From the IMG/VR virus record IMGVR_UViG_2529292873_000017: a DNA stretch of 13,542 nucleotides; one strand, given 5' to 3'. The notes under the pieces were generated by a model. It searched no databases. It was not told the origin of the DNA and saw nothing but the letters and a program-made list of their open reading frames with translations. Made by a program: the position numbers and the translations under genes. The DNA comes from a virus (taxonomy: Duplodnaviria; Heunggongvirae; Uroviricota; Caudoviricetes). The stretch's first letter is position 1. Every line of letters starts with the position of its first letter. Shown piece after piece: positions 1 to 8,207 of the stretch.

Positions 1-1131
1 TCAAATGACCAGTTTTTTCCATTCCTTACCGCGTGCGTCGTTGTAAATATCGGTCATTTTTTGATTCGAATGGCCTAGCAAAATTTTGGTATCAACCCCC
101 TGCTCTCTGAACAATCGCTCTGATAAAGATCTCTGCTCATGGAAAGAGGGAGGGGTGCCATTAGCACGCCAGTTGTAATCCACAGAATCCCGGGCTTTTT
201 TAAATGCAACGGTTAATGTTGCTGGCTTAACCATCCCGCCGCGCTTAGCTGTCCCTTTCGCGTGATGGTGGTGCAATAGCCACGGACTAAGAACGCAATC
301 GCGGCAGGATGACACCACATCATCCAGGGTGAGATTTAATTTATCGCAACGCAGAGCCAGAGGGATGGCAATCCGGGTTCCTGTTTTTTGCTGTTCGACA
401 TGAAGATAACCATCCCGGATATCCGAAAATTGCATTTTGCAAATATCTGAAAGGCGCTGGCCTGTCATCAGTGCCAGCAGCATACCGCGCTGTAAAAAGT
501 AACCATCCTTTTCCGCTGCGTTATAAATCATCATCCACTCATCAAAAGTCAGTCGCTGTCTTGATATCCGCACCTGCGGTTTTTTTGCCGATTCTGCAGG
601 GTTAAAGCCTGGCGGGACATCGCCCGTTTGCTGAGCTTCCCGGAAAACATCGATCAGTACTTTCCTGAAAATTTGTCCCATTCTGTTATGTCCTCTGGCC
701 TTGTACTCTTCCAGTACTGATACCACATCTTTTACGGTTATGGCATCTAACGGTCTGGTGCCAAAACGTTCATCAAATACCCTGAGAGGGGCCGCTTTCT
801 GTTTCAGCGTGTTGAGTTTGATCTCGCCGTTTTCATATCTTTCCTGTTGAATTTTTCTGTAATTATTCAGAAAAATGGTAACGGTTGATGAACCGCCGGT
901 ATCACTAATAATTTTCTCCTGCAGACTGAGCATTTGTTCCATTTGCTGCCGGGCAAGACGGCTGTTCGCTTCTGCTGCAATAGTTTCTGCCAGTTTCTGG
1001 TCAATACTGCCGAGACCGTGATTTTTGCCTGTTATGGGATGCCTGTAACGCCAGTAAACTTTGTTATTTCTTTTGTCAAAATACGGAGATAATCCCGGAA
1101 CATCGGTTTTATATTTTCGCGGGCGCGCCAT
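1..1131 (-). CDS. int: Tyrosine recombinase / phage integrase (lambda Int family), 376 aa
   Basis: Complete ORF with stop at 1-3. C-terminal region carries integrase-like motifs (TGQR, HEQRSL, LLGH, DIY) alignable to lambda Int from memory. An excisionase-like gene overlaps its 5' end. Confidence 0.9.
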   Translation of the reverse strand: MARPRKYKTDVPGLSPYFDKRNNKVYWRYRHPITGKNHGLGSIDQKLAETIAAEANSRLARQQMEQMLSLQEKIISDTGGSSTVTIFLNNYRKIQQERYENGEIKLNTLKQKAAPLRVFDERFGTRPLDAITVKDVVSVLEEYKARGHNRMGQIFRKVLIDVFREAQQTGDVPPGFNPAESAKKPQVRISRQRLTFDEWMMIYNAAEKDGYFLQRGMLLALMTGQRLSDICKMQFSDIRDGYLHVEQQKTGTRIAIPLALRCDKLNLTLDDVVSSCRDCVLSPWLLHHHHAKGTAKRGGMVKPATLTVAFKKARDSVDYNWRANGTPPSFHEQRSLSERLFREQGVDTKILLGHSNQKMTDIYNDARGKEWKKLVI

Positions 1132-1357
1132 CTTCCAGTATCCTCTTCAAAGCAGGGTGATCTGTGGCGATCACCTCCGGCTTGTTTACCATTCCGACAA
1201 AGCGAGCTTGCGGATCCACTCGCCAGCGTCTTCCAACTTTTTTGGGGAGAGGAAATATCATTCCGGCTTTAGCGTATTTACTTAACGTACTCGGAGTTGG
1301 GACCGGTTCACTGAATTCCTCTTTTGCCCACTCAGTGAGCAGAATAAGTCTTGCCAT
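1109..1357 (-). CDS. xis: Excisionase (Xis-like), 82 aa
   Basis: Small basic ORF immediately upstream of int on the same strand, overlapping int by 23 nt as in the lambda xis-int arrangement. N-terminus MARLILLTEWAKEEF is typical of lambdoid excisionases. Confidence 0.8.
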   Translation of the reverse strand: MARLILLTEWAKEEFSEPVPTPSTLSKYAKAGMIFPLPKKVGRRWRVDPQARFVGMVNKPEVIATDHPALKRILEDGAPAKI

Positions 1358-1421
1358 GAGCGTCGTTCGCTAATCATGGTCGCCGCCACTATAGCTGGTG
1401 GGCAACGACCGGGGTTGAACA

Positions 1422-2270
1422 TTAAAAATCAGCCTGACTCGGGATCAGTTTTTGCCAGATAACTGAAACGTATTTTGCCTGGTAACGGGCGTCATCAAGT
1501 GCATTATGGCGCTCACCTTCGAATGGAATAGCCGTTCTGGCATCGAAGTCTATGGCTTTCCCCAGCTCAACGATTGTGCGTACATCGCGATCGTTGTAGT
1601 AACGCCACGGGCAGGGGATCCCCTGCCGTTCGTATGAACGGCGCAAAATCGTGTTGTCGAAGTTGGCTCCATTTCCCCAGACCTGAACAAAAAATTCACC
1701 GGAGTTTTCGTCGATAAATTCCCGCAATTGTAACAGTGCATCATCTAACGGGATTTCATCGGTCATAATGGCAGATTGCGCTTCGCGTGATTGCTTAAGC
1801 CACCATTTAATGGTGTCCCGATCAATGACTCCGCCAGCAGTTTCCAGATCGATAGTCTTACTAAATTCCGGTCCCATATCTCCGGTTTGCGGATCGAAAA
1901 ATATTGCACCTATTGAGATGATCGGGGCATCAGGATTTTTTCCCATGGTTTCAAGGTCGATCATTAGATGGTCACACGTCCTGCTGGTGGATGTGATTTC
2001 GTGATGACCGTTCACCTTAATTGGGTGATCTGCCGTCTCGCCAGTTTCATTATCGCTATTGTGATGCTGATTGCCGCCAGTGTTCTCCTTGTGTGGATGT
2101 TCAGCGCCTTCCATTTCCTCCGGATCATCTTCCTGAACTTCAACCTGATACTCTTCATCGAATGTTTCTTGGTATGTTGCGTCGCCCATCACCGCGCCAC
2201 AATCAGGGCAGTTGCCGCCGCCGGTCTGACCGCAGGCGGTGCAGGCTTTTTCCACTTCCTGTTGCGCCAC
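1422..2270 (-). CDS. DEDDh (DnaQ-like) 3'-5' exonuclease domain protein with N-terminal CxxC...CxxC zinc-ribbon and acidic linker; probably the 3' part of a larger disrupted gene
   Basis: Translation shows Exo I (MIDLETMG), Exo II (WGNGANFD) and Exo III (HNALDDARY) motifs. Starts at GTG, and the frame stays open ~60 nt further upstream, overlapping the next ORF in another frame. Confidence 0.7.
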   Translation of the reverse strand: MAQQEVEKACTACGQTGGGNCPDCGAVMGDATYQETFDEEYQVEVQEDDPEEMEGAEHPHKENTGGNQHHNSDNETGETADHPIKVNGHHEITSTSRTCDHLMIDLETMGKNPDAPIISIGAIFFDPQTGDMGPEFSKTIDLETAGGVIDRDTIKWWLKQSREAQSAIMTDEIPLDDALLQLREFIDENSGEFFVQVWGNGANFDNTILRRSYERQGIPCPWRYYNDRDVRTIVELGKAIDFDARTAIPFEGERHNALDDARYQAKYVSVIWQKLIPSQADF

Positions 2271-3863
2271 TGGTTCAGGCTGTTTCGTTTCTGGCTCGTT
2301 TTGTAACGCATTTGGACGTTCTGTTCCGTTTCTTGCTGGTTCTGGTTCACAGAATCGCGGGTTTCAATCCCCTTCACCCATTTCGGATCATTCGGGTCGC
2401 TAATCCCTTCAACAAATTCACCACGTGATGCAGCAAGCAACTTATCGGCGTCAGGCTGGCTGATATTGGCTGCCTGCATAATTTTGTTTACTTCGTCAGC
2501 GGTAACTTTTACCGGCTCTGGTTGTTCGAATCTTCAGCGGTATCTACATTTTGCGGTAAGCCCGTGTATGTGCCATTTTTTCGGGCAAAATATTCTTCTT
2601 TTGTGATTTCAGTGGCCCGGCAGCCAGCGCCTTATCCAGACCAGAAAGTTTGTTTGCGCGACCGTATTTTTCGCCATCCTTGTCGGTGAAGAGGAAGTAG
2701 AACGGCCCCTCACGCTCTACAGATGGTTCGACTTCCACTTTGCATTCGGTTTTTTCGTTGTCCGGAATTGCCGTTTCCACTGCATCAGTTTCTGGTACTG
2801 GCGACGAGAGAGTGTCAGTTGCGCTCTGATTTGTTCCTTCATCTTCAAACACGCCCTTTGTCGTCAGGTATTCAGTATATTTGTTCAGTGCACAGGGATC
2901 TTTGTGAATATCGATCGGACGTTCGCGAACAAGGCCAAAAATAGTCTGACGGTCATAGCCAAGTGCTTCGGGCTGTTTGCGCATTGATGCTGAGATACGC
3001 TTCCAGTCTTCGCGATCCTTGTCGATAACCTCATTTGTCGCCCAGCGATGGATGGTACCGTCAATGTTTCCTGCATCCACATCACCGGGCCAGAGGGCGC
3101 AGGCCAGTTCGTCATCCAGTGTTTTCCATGTCTGCTTATATTCGCGGCGAATGGCAACAGTGACAGCCCCGGTTTTTTCAGCAGCGTTTTCAGTGTCTGT
3201 TGGTTGACTCTGGCGCGGGCGAGATCAACAACAGACGTGTATTTTCCGGTTTCCTTGCGTTCACCTTCGCGACGTTTTTTCCAGATGCGCATCTCTGCCT
3301 GAATTTCAGGCCATTTAGCGCCAGGCTCACATTTATGCTTAACCCACCCGATGGCATGCAGTTTAAGTTCAGGATACATGGCGTTAACTTCTGGCATTTT
3401 CATCAACGCTTCAACGATATGTCCGCCGAATGTTGCCATGTCTTCCTGTAGTAATTCCTGTGCGCTAATCACCATATCAACGGTGATGTTTTCGCATGTG
3501 TCGAACTTAACCATGACAGCGTTCTGTACTTCAGGGGACAGCTTGTCAAAAGTGACGTTCATCGGATCGGATTCAGTCTCGACCGGTACAAAGGAAGCTG
3601 ACTCCTCATCCCAGCGGTTTTCCTGCATATATTCGCATCCCAGGAATCGAGGGCAGGGCGGGGTATGCCGGGTTTATCCTCGCAGACAATAAATTTATAA
3701 GCGCAGTCCTGAGCTGCCGGGAATTGCTCCAGAAATTGCCAGTGAAATTTTGCGCGTGCGCGACGCTCATCACCGGCTTCAATGGCAGTGGCTACAGCAC
3801 AGCGCCTTCTTCCTTTATTGCCTGTTCGTCAGGAATAGCGGCGCAAATAAAGACTTTACTCAT
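2189..3863 (-). pseudogene. Frame-disrupted early-left region upstream of the exonuclease domain: protein-like segments in at least four frames that overlap each other
   Basis: Minus-strand ORFs 3863-3792, ~3840-3560, 3628-2885, 3235/3080-2544 and 2479-2189 overlap by 80-350 nt in different frames. Each translates to non-repetitive protein-like sequence. A 7-T run sits at 2571-2577. Confidence 0.55.
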
Positions 3864-3956
3864 TTTGTTTTAACCTCATTACAGATTTAAGGGTGAACAA
3901 ATCCCTGCCATTGCTGGCATATAAGAATGAAATCGGATGTTTATTACGGAACTGTT

Positions 3957-4148
3957 TTAAAGACCTGCCGGGATTTCGTTATTATCCTGGTGAATAACTT
4001 TATCGACAGGGTAACAGTTACCGGGAATTTTCTGTTCGGTTGCTGCAGTCACACACTCCTGCATTGTCCTGTGAACACTGACTGCAATATCAACTGGCTC
4101 TCCGGAAACAAGAAAAACTGTCAGAACAAGTGCAAATGCTGTATTCAT
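3957..4148 (-). CDS. ydfD: YdfD-like small membrane lysis protein, 63 aa
   Basis: Start ATG overlaps the dicB stop (ATGA). Hydrophobic N-terminus MNTAFALVLTVFLVSG. Size and position after dicB match YdfD of the Qin prophage. Confidence 0.75.
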   Translation of the reverse strand: MNTAFALVLTVFLVSGEPVDIAVSVHRTMQECVTAATEQKIPGNCYPVDKVIHQDNNEIPAGL

Positions 4149-4333
4149 TGCCAGCATCCTTTTTGTATCGGACGTAAACGGGCCAGCATTGAAAGAATGC
4201 ATATTTTATTTAATAACTCCCGTTCGTGTTTTCTCTTGTTAATGGCATCTTCAGTAAATACAGGGTTACTGATAGTGACACCAATTTCAAAACAACCTTC
4301 AGACGTATTAACGTTTGGTAATAACGTTTCCAT
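4145..4333 (-). CDS. dicB: Cell-division inhibitor DicB (MinC-activating), 62 aa
   Basis: Protein METLLPNVNTSEGCFEIGVTISNPVFTEDAINKRKHERELLNKICILSMLARLRPIQKGCWQ is near-identical to E. coli DicB as I recall it. AGGA lies 9 nt upstream of the ATG; dicF is upstream and ydfD downstream. Confidence 0.85.
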   Translation of the reverse strand: METLLPNVNTSEGCFEIGVTISNPVFTEDAINKRKHERELLNKICILSMLARLRPIQKGCWQ

Positions 4334-4506
4334 TATCGCGTCCTCAACAATGAATTTTGTGATGCAGTGCCTGGTGCCTCCAGGTGACGTTAACCAGTTA
4401 ACAATTAACGCCGGATACAGAGAATCCACCCATAACACTGTTTTTGGTTTAACTGTTCCGCGTGCGCTTAGCCGCATTCACCGCATCACAAAATTCACTT
4501 TAAAAA

Positions 4507-4560
4507 GGGCGGCAGAGCAGTTCACGGAGTAAAACTGATACCGCCAAACGTCACCAGAAA
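4507..4560 (-). ncRNA. dicF: DicF small regulatory RNA (Hfq-dependent, targets ftsZ mRNA)
   Basis: Minus-strand sequence TTTCTGGTGACGTTTGGCGGTATCAGTTTTACTCCGTGAACTGCTCTGCCGCCC followed by TTTTT matches my recollection of the 53-nt DicF, with a possible 1-nt difference. Lies directly upstream of dicB. Confidence 0.85.
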
Positions 4561-4892
4561 ATTGATAACAGAGGGCGTTGCAGCGGGGTTGTCACTTAAG
4601 CGTATGGTCAACCTGACAACCCGGTGTCCTCAACGGGGAAGGAATAACCCCGCCATACTTACCGCCGCGCCATTTCGCGGATTGCCACAACCGGAAGCGC
4701 ACGGTCGAATTAAATTTAACGACAGGCTATCTATGAACCAGCAACTTCGCCGTGCGCTTTCGCGTTATGCCTGACTTTTCAGGGAAATATCCTTTCAGTA
4801 AACTGTCAGTGCCGGATGTTCACCCGTGTCCGGCGCACGCACTCCACTTCACCCGTGGAGAACTCCTTAATTACCAACCCTCAGGAGGGTGA

Positions 4893-5126
4893 ATGTTAAA
4901 ATCAACTCTTATTGCTAAATGCCTTTATCAAAATCGCATGGTAAGCAGCATTTCAATAGGCGAGTCTGCAGTTAAAAGTATTTTCGAAGAGTACTTTCCC
5001 GGGCATGATTTTAATAAATGGAATACCAAATTACCGCCAGCAGTTTCAACGCGTATTCTGAAAGCAACCGAAAGAGCAAGTACAATTCGCGTTAACTATT
5101 TCATTAAAGATTTGTGGGATCTTTGA
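4893..5126 (+). CDS. Hypothetical 77-aa protein, convergent with and overlapping the 3' end of the 135-aa minus-strand ORF
   Basis: ATG preceded by AGGAGGG with a 3-4 nt spacer. AT-rich. No motif recognised. It sits on the opposite strand to the surrounding operon. Confidence 0.4.
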   Translation: MLKSTLIAKCLYQNRMVSSISIGESAVKSIFEEYFPGHDFNKWNTKLPPAVSTRILKATERASTIRVNYFIKDLWDL

Positions 5127-5511
5127 TATCCACAGAGCCTAAAGTATGTGCATATGGATGTGCTATTATGCGCCCTCGCAGATTTGCATCATTTTCTAAA
5201 TTCACTGAACGAAACAGGGCATCAACAAGGCTCTGTACAATGCAAAGGCAATCGAAGACTGTCGCCGTTTCTGTTTTGATTGATGAAAGAACATGGCCAT
5301 TCACGCAAACAGAAATTACCCGTTTATTAACATCGCTTTCCTGCTTTTGATTATCAGAACCATATAGCCCAGAAAAAGCATTGCGCACATTACGAACCAT
5401 ATTATCGATGGTTTCTTTTTCTGCGGTACTAAGGTCAAGAGTAGCCAGTTGTGAACGAACTATATTCGATGCCATTTCCTGTAATGGCGTTGGTAAATCT
5501 TTAAATTCCAT
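5104..5511 (-). CDS. Hypothetical 135-aa protein (AT-rich insertion within the dicB-type operon)
   Basis: ATG with GAGG 7 nt upstream, 22 nt after the stop of the upstream gene. Lower GC than flanking phage genes. No recognisable catalytic motif, signal peptide or TM segment. Confidence 0.6.
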   Translation of the reverse strand: MEFKDLPTPLQEMASNIVRSQLATLDLSTAEKETIDNMVRNVRNAFSGLYGSDNQKQESDVNKRVISVCVNGHVLSSIKTETATVFDCLCIVQSLVDALFRSVNLENDANLRGRIIAHPYAHTLGSVDIKDPTNL

Positions 5512-5533
5512 TATTAGCCTCGTTGGTTAGCTA

Positions 5534-5752
5534 TTAACGTGGGTATGTAATCATTCTGGCAATGCTTAATGCCGCTGCTTTTTCCAGATTGGTGATATCC
5601 TGCTCCAGAGCGGACAGATTTTCAGCCTGCTTAGCCCTGGCTTCATTGGCCCATTTCAGGTCCTGCACCGCCTTAATTTTCTGGTGCATCCACTCATAAA
5701 GTTCATCATCGGTATAGTCTGGCGCGATGATGACGGGGTCTCGTTTCTGCAT
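5534..5752 (-). CDS. Hypothetical 72-aa protein at the ydfC position of the dicB-type operon
   Basis: AGGAG 5 nt upstream of the ATG. Predicted coiled-coil-like C-terminal half. Size and position match ydfC, but I cannot confirm the sequence from memory. Confidence 0.6.
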   Translation of the reverse strand: MQKRDPVIIAPDYTDDELYEWMHQKIKAVQDLKWANEARAKQAENLSALEQDITNLEKAAALSIARMITYPR

Positions 5753-5821
5753 GTCGGCTCCTTGTGGTTGTGTGCCTGCTTTTAACCACGTCAGGCGAGG
5801 TGGTATCCTCTGAGGGGTCTG

Positions 5822-6178
5822 TTACTCGAGAGGAAATTGGTTATGAATACAATCAAGTTTTCTTGCCCAGAATGTGGTGGCTAAGTCTTTGACACATCCT
5901 TTAAGCCGCAGGGCTCTGACAGTTTCGCGGGAGCCATCTGCAAAAATTGTGGTCACCTTGTAACTGAAGATGAGTCCTCGCAGTTCGATGACGAAATCGT
6001 TGACAATATCTTCGGTGCACTCACCAGAGACTTTCTGAAGTAAAGGCGCATACCGCTTAGTTACCGCTCTGATAACTCTTACCTGTCCGGCAATGGCGCT
6101 GATATCAATATAAAGCGCCATCGCTGTTTCTTTGCTGATCCCTGGACGCCTTCCATTCTGATGTTTGACTTCGCCCAC
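5822..6178 (-). CDS. Hypothetical protein, first gene downstream of the leftward early promoter (ydfA/ydfB position); start uncertain
   Basis: ORF of 118 aa from GTG at 6178, or 99 aa from ATG at 6121. No motif recognised. Confidence 0.45.
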   Translation of the reverse strand: MGEVKHQNGRRPGISKETAMALYIDISAIAGQVRVIRAVTKRYAPLLQKVSGECTEDIVNDFVIELRGLIFSYKVTTIFADGSRETVRALRLKGCVKDLATTFWARKLDCIHNQFPLE

Positions 6179-6384
6179 TGAGAAATCCTCTGCTTCCCCT
6201 TAACGCCGGGTAGCGGAACTGTTTGCTGAGAACACCGTGCGGTGTCTTGATGAGTAGAATTTAGAATAGCCTAAGAGTTATGGTCAAGCTTTTGTGTAGA
6301 AAAACCTAAGCTTCTTGATGTAAAAAACACAAGTATTTGAAAGTTTGTGCTTTTTATTACAGAGAGTTGCGAAAAAAAGGGGGG
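6179..6384 (-). promoter_or_regulatory. Leftward early (pL-like / dicB-operon) promoter region with inverted repeats
   Basis: About 205-bp non-coding gap between the repressor gene and the first early-left gene. Contains ACACCG..CGGTGT and TTGTGT...ACACAA inverted repeats and AT-rich stretches. Exact -35/-10 elements not assigned. Confidence 0.35.
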
Positions 6385-6792
6385 TTATTTATTTGCGCTT
6401 CTTTTGCGAGCTTTGAGTAGTTCTTCAAAAAGTTTGTTGAAATTCTCAACTCGAGCACGCATCTCTGACAACAGAGCCTTTTGCTCTGACTCAGGCAGTG
6501 CGTCGAACAGTTGAAGCAACTCTTTTTGATCTTCTGTCAGATTGACTGGCTGATTATCTGGGATCGGTTCGCCTGGTTGCTTATCTTCATCTCCAAAAAG
6601 AAGCCAAGTCGGCGAGCACTGAAGCGCCTGGCTCAGTGCGAATAATCTCTTCCCCGCTGGCTGTGTTTCATCTCTTTCCCATTGAGAAATTGTTACGTGA
6701 GCCACTTTGACCAGCTTACCTAATGCGGCCTGAGACAGTTTTAATTTTTTTCGCCTGTATAAGAGGCGAGCACCGAAGGTTTCGTTTTTCAT
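6385..6792 (-). CDS. dicA: DicA/CI-type prophage repressor (XRE-family HTH), 135 aa
   Basis: N-terminal HTH (LKLSQAALGKLVKVAHVTISQWE). Divergent from a Cro-like gene and upstream of the dicF-dicB operon. Same length as DicA. Confidence 0.75.
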   Translation of the reverse strand: MKNETFGARLLYRRKKLKLSQAALGKLVKVAHVTISQWERDETQPAGKRLFALSQALQCSPTWLLFGDEDKQPGEPIPDNQPVNLTEDQKELLQLFDALPESEQKALLSEMRARVENFNKLFEELLKARKRSANK

Positions 6793-6868
6793 ATTAGGTA
6801 ATTCTAATTTTTCTTGACTTAGGTTTCTCTACGATCTAGTTTCCTTAGGAAAATCTAAGGGGTTCGAT
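6793..6868. promoter_or_regulatory. Divergent promoter/operator region between repressor and Cro-like genes
   Basis: 76-bp gap containing TTGACT, the 18-bp inverted repeat CCTTAG-gaaaat-CTAAGG (6843-6860), TTAGgtaattCTAA (6794-6807) and further TTAGG half-sites. Confidence 0.6.
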
Positions 6869-7096
6869 ATGTTGAAAATTGATGCTATAGCGTTTTTTGG
6901 CAGCAAAACAAAGCTTGCCAATGTCGCAGGAGTTAGGCTGGCAAGCGTTGCTGCATGGGGGGAACTGGTTCCTGAAGGTCGCGCGATGCGCCTGCAAGAG
7001 GCATCCGGCGGGGAACTTCAGTACGACCCCAAAGTTTATGACGAATATCGTAAGGCAAAGCGGGCGGGGCGGTTGAACAATGAAAATCACCACTGA
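6869..7096 (+). CDS. Cro-like / DicC-YdaS family small DNA-binding protein, 75 aa
   Basis: Small ORF divergent from the repressor; its 3' end overlaps the start of the ydaT-like gene. The family assignment rests on position and size. Confidence 0.7.
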   Translation: MLKIDAIAFFGSKTKLANVAGVRLASVAAWGELVPEGRAMRLQEASGGELQYDPKVYDEYRKAKRAGRLNNENHH

Positions 7097-7631
7097 ACAG
7101 GTTTGTGAGGCTCTGGATACCTGGGTATGCCGACCAGGAATGACACAGGAGCAGGCGACGATATTAATCACGGAAGCATTCTGGGCTCTGAAAGAACGCC
7201 CGAACATCGATGTTCAACGCGTCACGTTTAATGATGGCGAGGTTGATCAACGGGCGCTGGGCGTTAACCGGGTGAAGATATTCGAACGCTGGAAAGCTAT
7301 CGACACCAGAGATAAGCGTGACAAATTCACGGCGCTGATTCCGGCAATTATGGAGGCTATCCGGATCAGCGATTTCAGATTGTATTGTGAAATTACTGAC
7401 GGAAAAAGCATTACGTACATGATCGCCGGGTTAAACAAAGAATATGGCGATGTGGTGGAGTCCGGGCTGCTTTTTGCGGATCCAGTTGTTGTGGAACGTG
7501 AGACTGACGAGCTTATAGAAAAAGCTATTGCTTTCAAGCACGCGTATCGTCAGCAATACCAATATTACTTTGCAGATAAACAAATGTCTGCCAGGGGGTC
7601 GTATGAGTATCGATGCACTACGATGGGCTAA
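7080..7631 (+). CDS. ydaT: YdaT-family protein (proposed CII functional analogue), 183 aa
   Basis: Immediately follows and overlaps the Cro-like gene, as ydaS-ydaT in Rac-type prophages. The assignment is from gene order, not a confirmed sequence match. Confidence 0.6.
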   Translation: MKITTEQVCEALDTWVCRPGMTQEQATILITEAFWALKERPNIDVQRVTFNDGEVDQRALGVNRVKIFERWKAIDTRDKRDKFTALIPAIMEAIRISDFRLYCEITDGKSITYMIAGLNKEYGDVVESGLLFADPVVVERETDELIEKAIAFKHAYRQQYQYYFADKQMSARGSYEYRCTTMG

Positions 7632-8184
7632 AAAGGTGAAAACCGGCAGTTCATCCAGTAAGTCAGTATTGACCTGGCTTGCTGATATGTGCGGTGCCGA
7701 TTTGTGTGCATACCCGTCTGTATCTGCACTGGCAGAAGTAACGGAACTGAACAAAAAGACTGTGCAGGACAGCTTACGACACCTGATGGAGATTGGGTTA
7801 ATTGTTGATACCGGTGAGAGAAAAGGCAGAACAAAGCAAATTGTGGTGTACCGACTTATCGGTGTAGAAGAAAGTGTTGCCGAGCCTGAATACACCCAAA
7901 AACGGGAGTCTTTAAAGGTGGGTACAATTGGTGCTGTTAATAAAAACAGTACCGAAAATGGTTATGTTTCAGCACAAAACAGACCCAAAAACAGAACTCT
8001 TAGCTGCATGGAAAATAACCAAAGACACCCAAATTTTCCATCAAAGACACCCAAAAACGGATCACGGAACCCAAAGGAACCCAAAGAATTAAACCCCACA
8101 CATAACGCGCGCGAGAGTGCTCCGACCAGTGAGCAGGAAGTTTTGTCGTTACAGGCAGCCCCCCTGTATTCCTGTATGGCCTGA
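7603..8184 (+). CDS. Replication initiator (O-like, N-terminal winged-helix) with low-complexity linker encoded by iteron-like repeats, 193 aa
   Basis: ATG at 7603 preceded by AGGGGG. N-terminus MSIDALRWAKKVKTG... looks HTH-like. Phased ACCCAAA repeats lie inside the coding sequence. Confidence 0.65.
   Translation: MSIDALRWAKKVKTGSSSSKSVLTWLADMCGADLCAYPSVSALAEVTELNKKTVQDSLRHLMEIGLIVDTGERKGRTKQIVVYRLIGVEESVAEPEYTQKRESLKVGTIGAVNKNSTENGYVSAQNRPKNRTLSCMENNQRHPNFPSKTPKNGSRNPKEPKELNPTHNARESAPTSEQEVLSLQAAPLYSCMA
7980..8090. repeat. Iteron-like direct repeats (candidate replication origin) inside the initiator gene
   Basis: ACCCAAA cores at 7983, 8027, 8049, 8069 and 8079, spaced 44, 22, 20 and 10 bp apart. 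AAAGACACCCAAA occurs twice and GGAACCCAAAG/GAACCCAAAG is tandem. The flank at ~7931-7980 is AT-rich. Confidence 0.5.
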
Positions 8185-8207
8185 GCGAACCCATCGGAAA
8201 ATTCCCG

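Noticed and set aside
1061-1373. Plus-strand ORFs 1061-1285 and 1164-1373
   Set aside because: They lie antisense within the int/xis coding sequence, have no translation signals and give low-complexity translations.
1550-2428. ORFs 1550-1744 (-), 1768-2004 (+), 1968-2306 (+) and 2021-2428 (+)
   Set aside because: Alternative-frame or antisense ORFs overlapping the exonuclease domain gene; Cys/Arg-rich junk-like translations.
3927-4532. 201-aa plus-strand ORF
   Set aside because: It runs antisense across ydfD, dicB and into dicF, which are well supported. The translation is Cys-rich with no start signals.
4562-4774. 70-aa plus-strand ORF in the GC-rich region next to dicF
   Set aside because: No SD, Arg/Pro-rich composition, and it lies in a region better explained as a structured RNA leader.
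6869-7631. Reading the Cro-like plus YdaT-like pair as a toxin-antitoxin module
   Set aside because: The pair sits exactly where cro and cII sit in a lambdoid immunity region. As I recall, YdaS/YdaT have been reinterpreted as Cro/CII analogues, so I annotate them as regulators.
6845-7895. Minus-strand ORFs 6845-7207, 7247-7537, 7431-7895 and 7628-7834
   Set aside because: Antisense to the Cro-like, ydaT-like and initiator genes; Ser/Cys-rich translations typical of wrong-frame reads.
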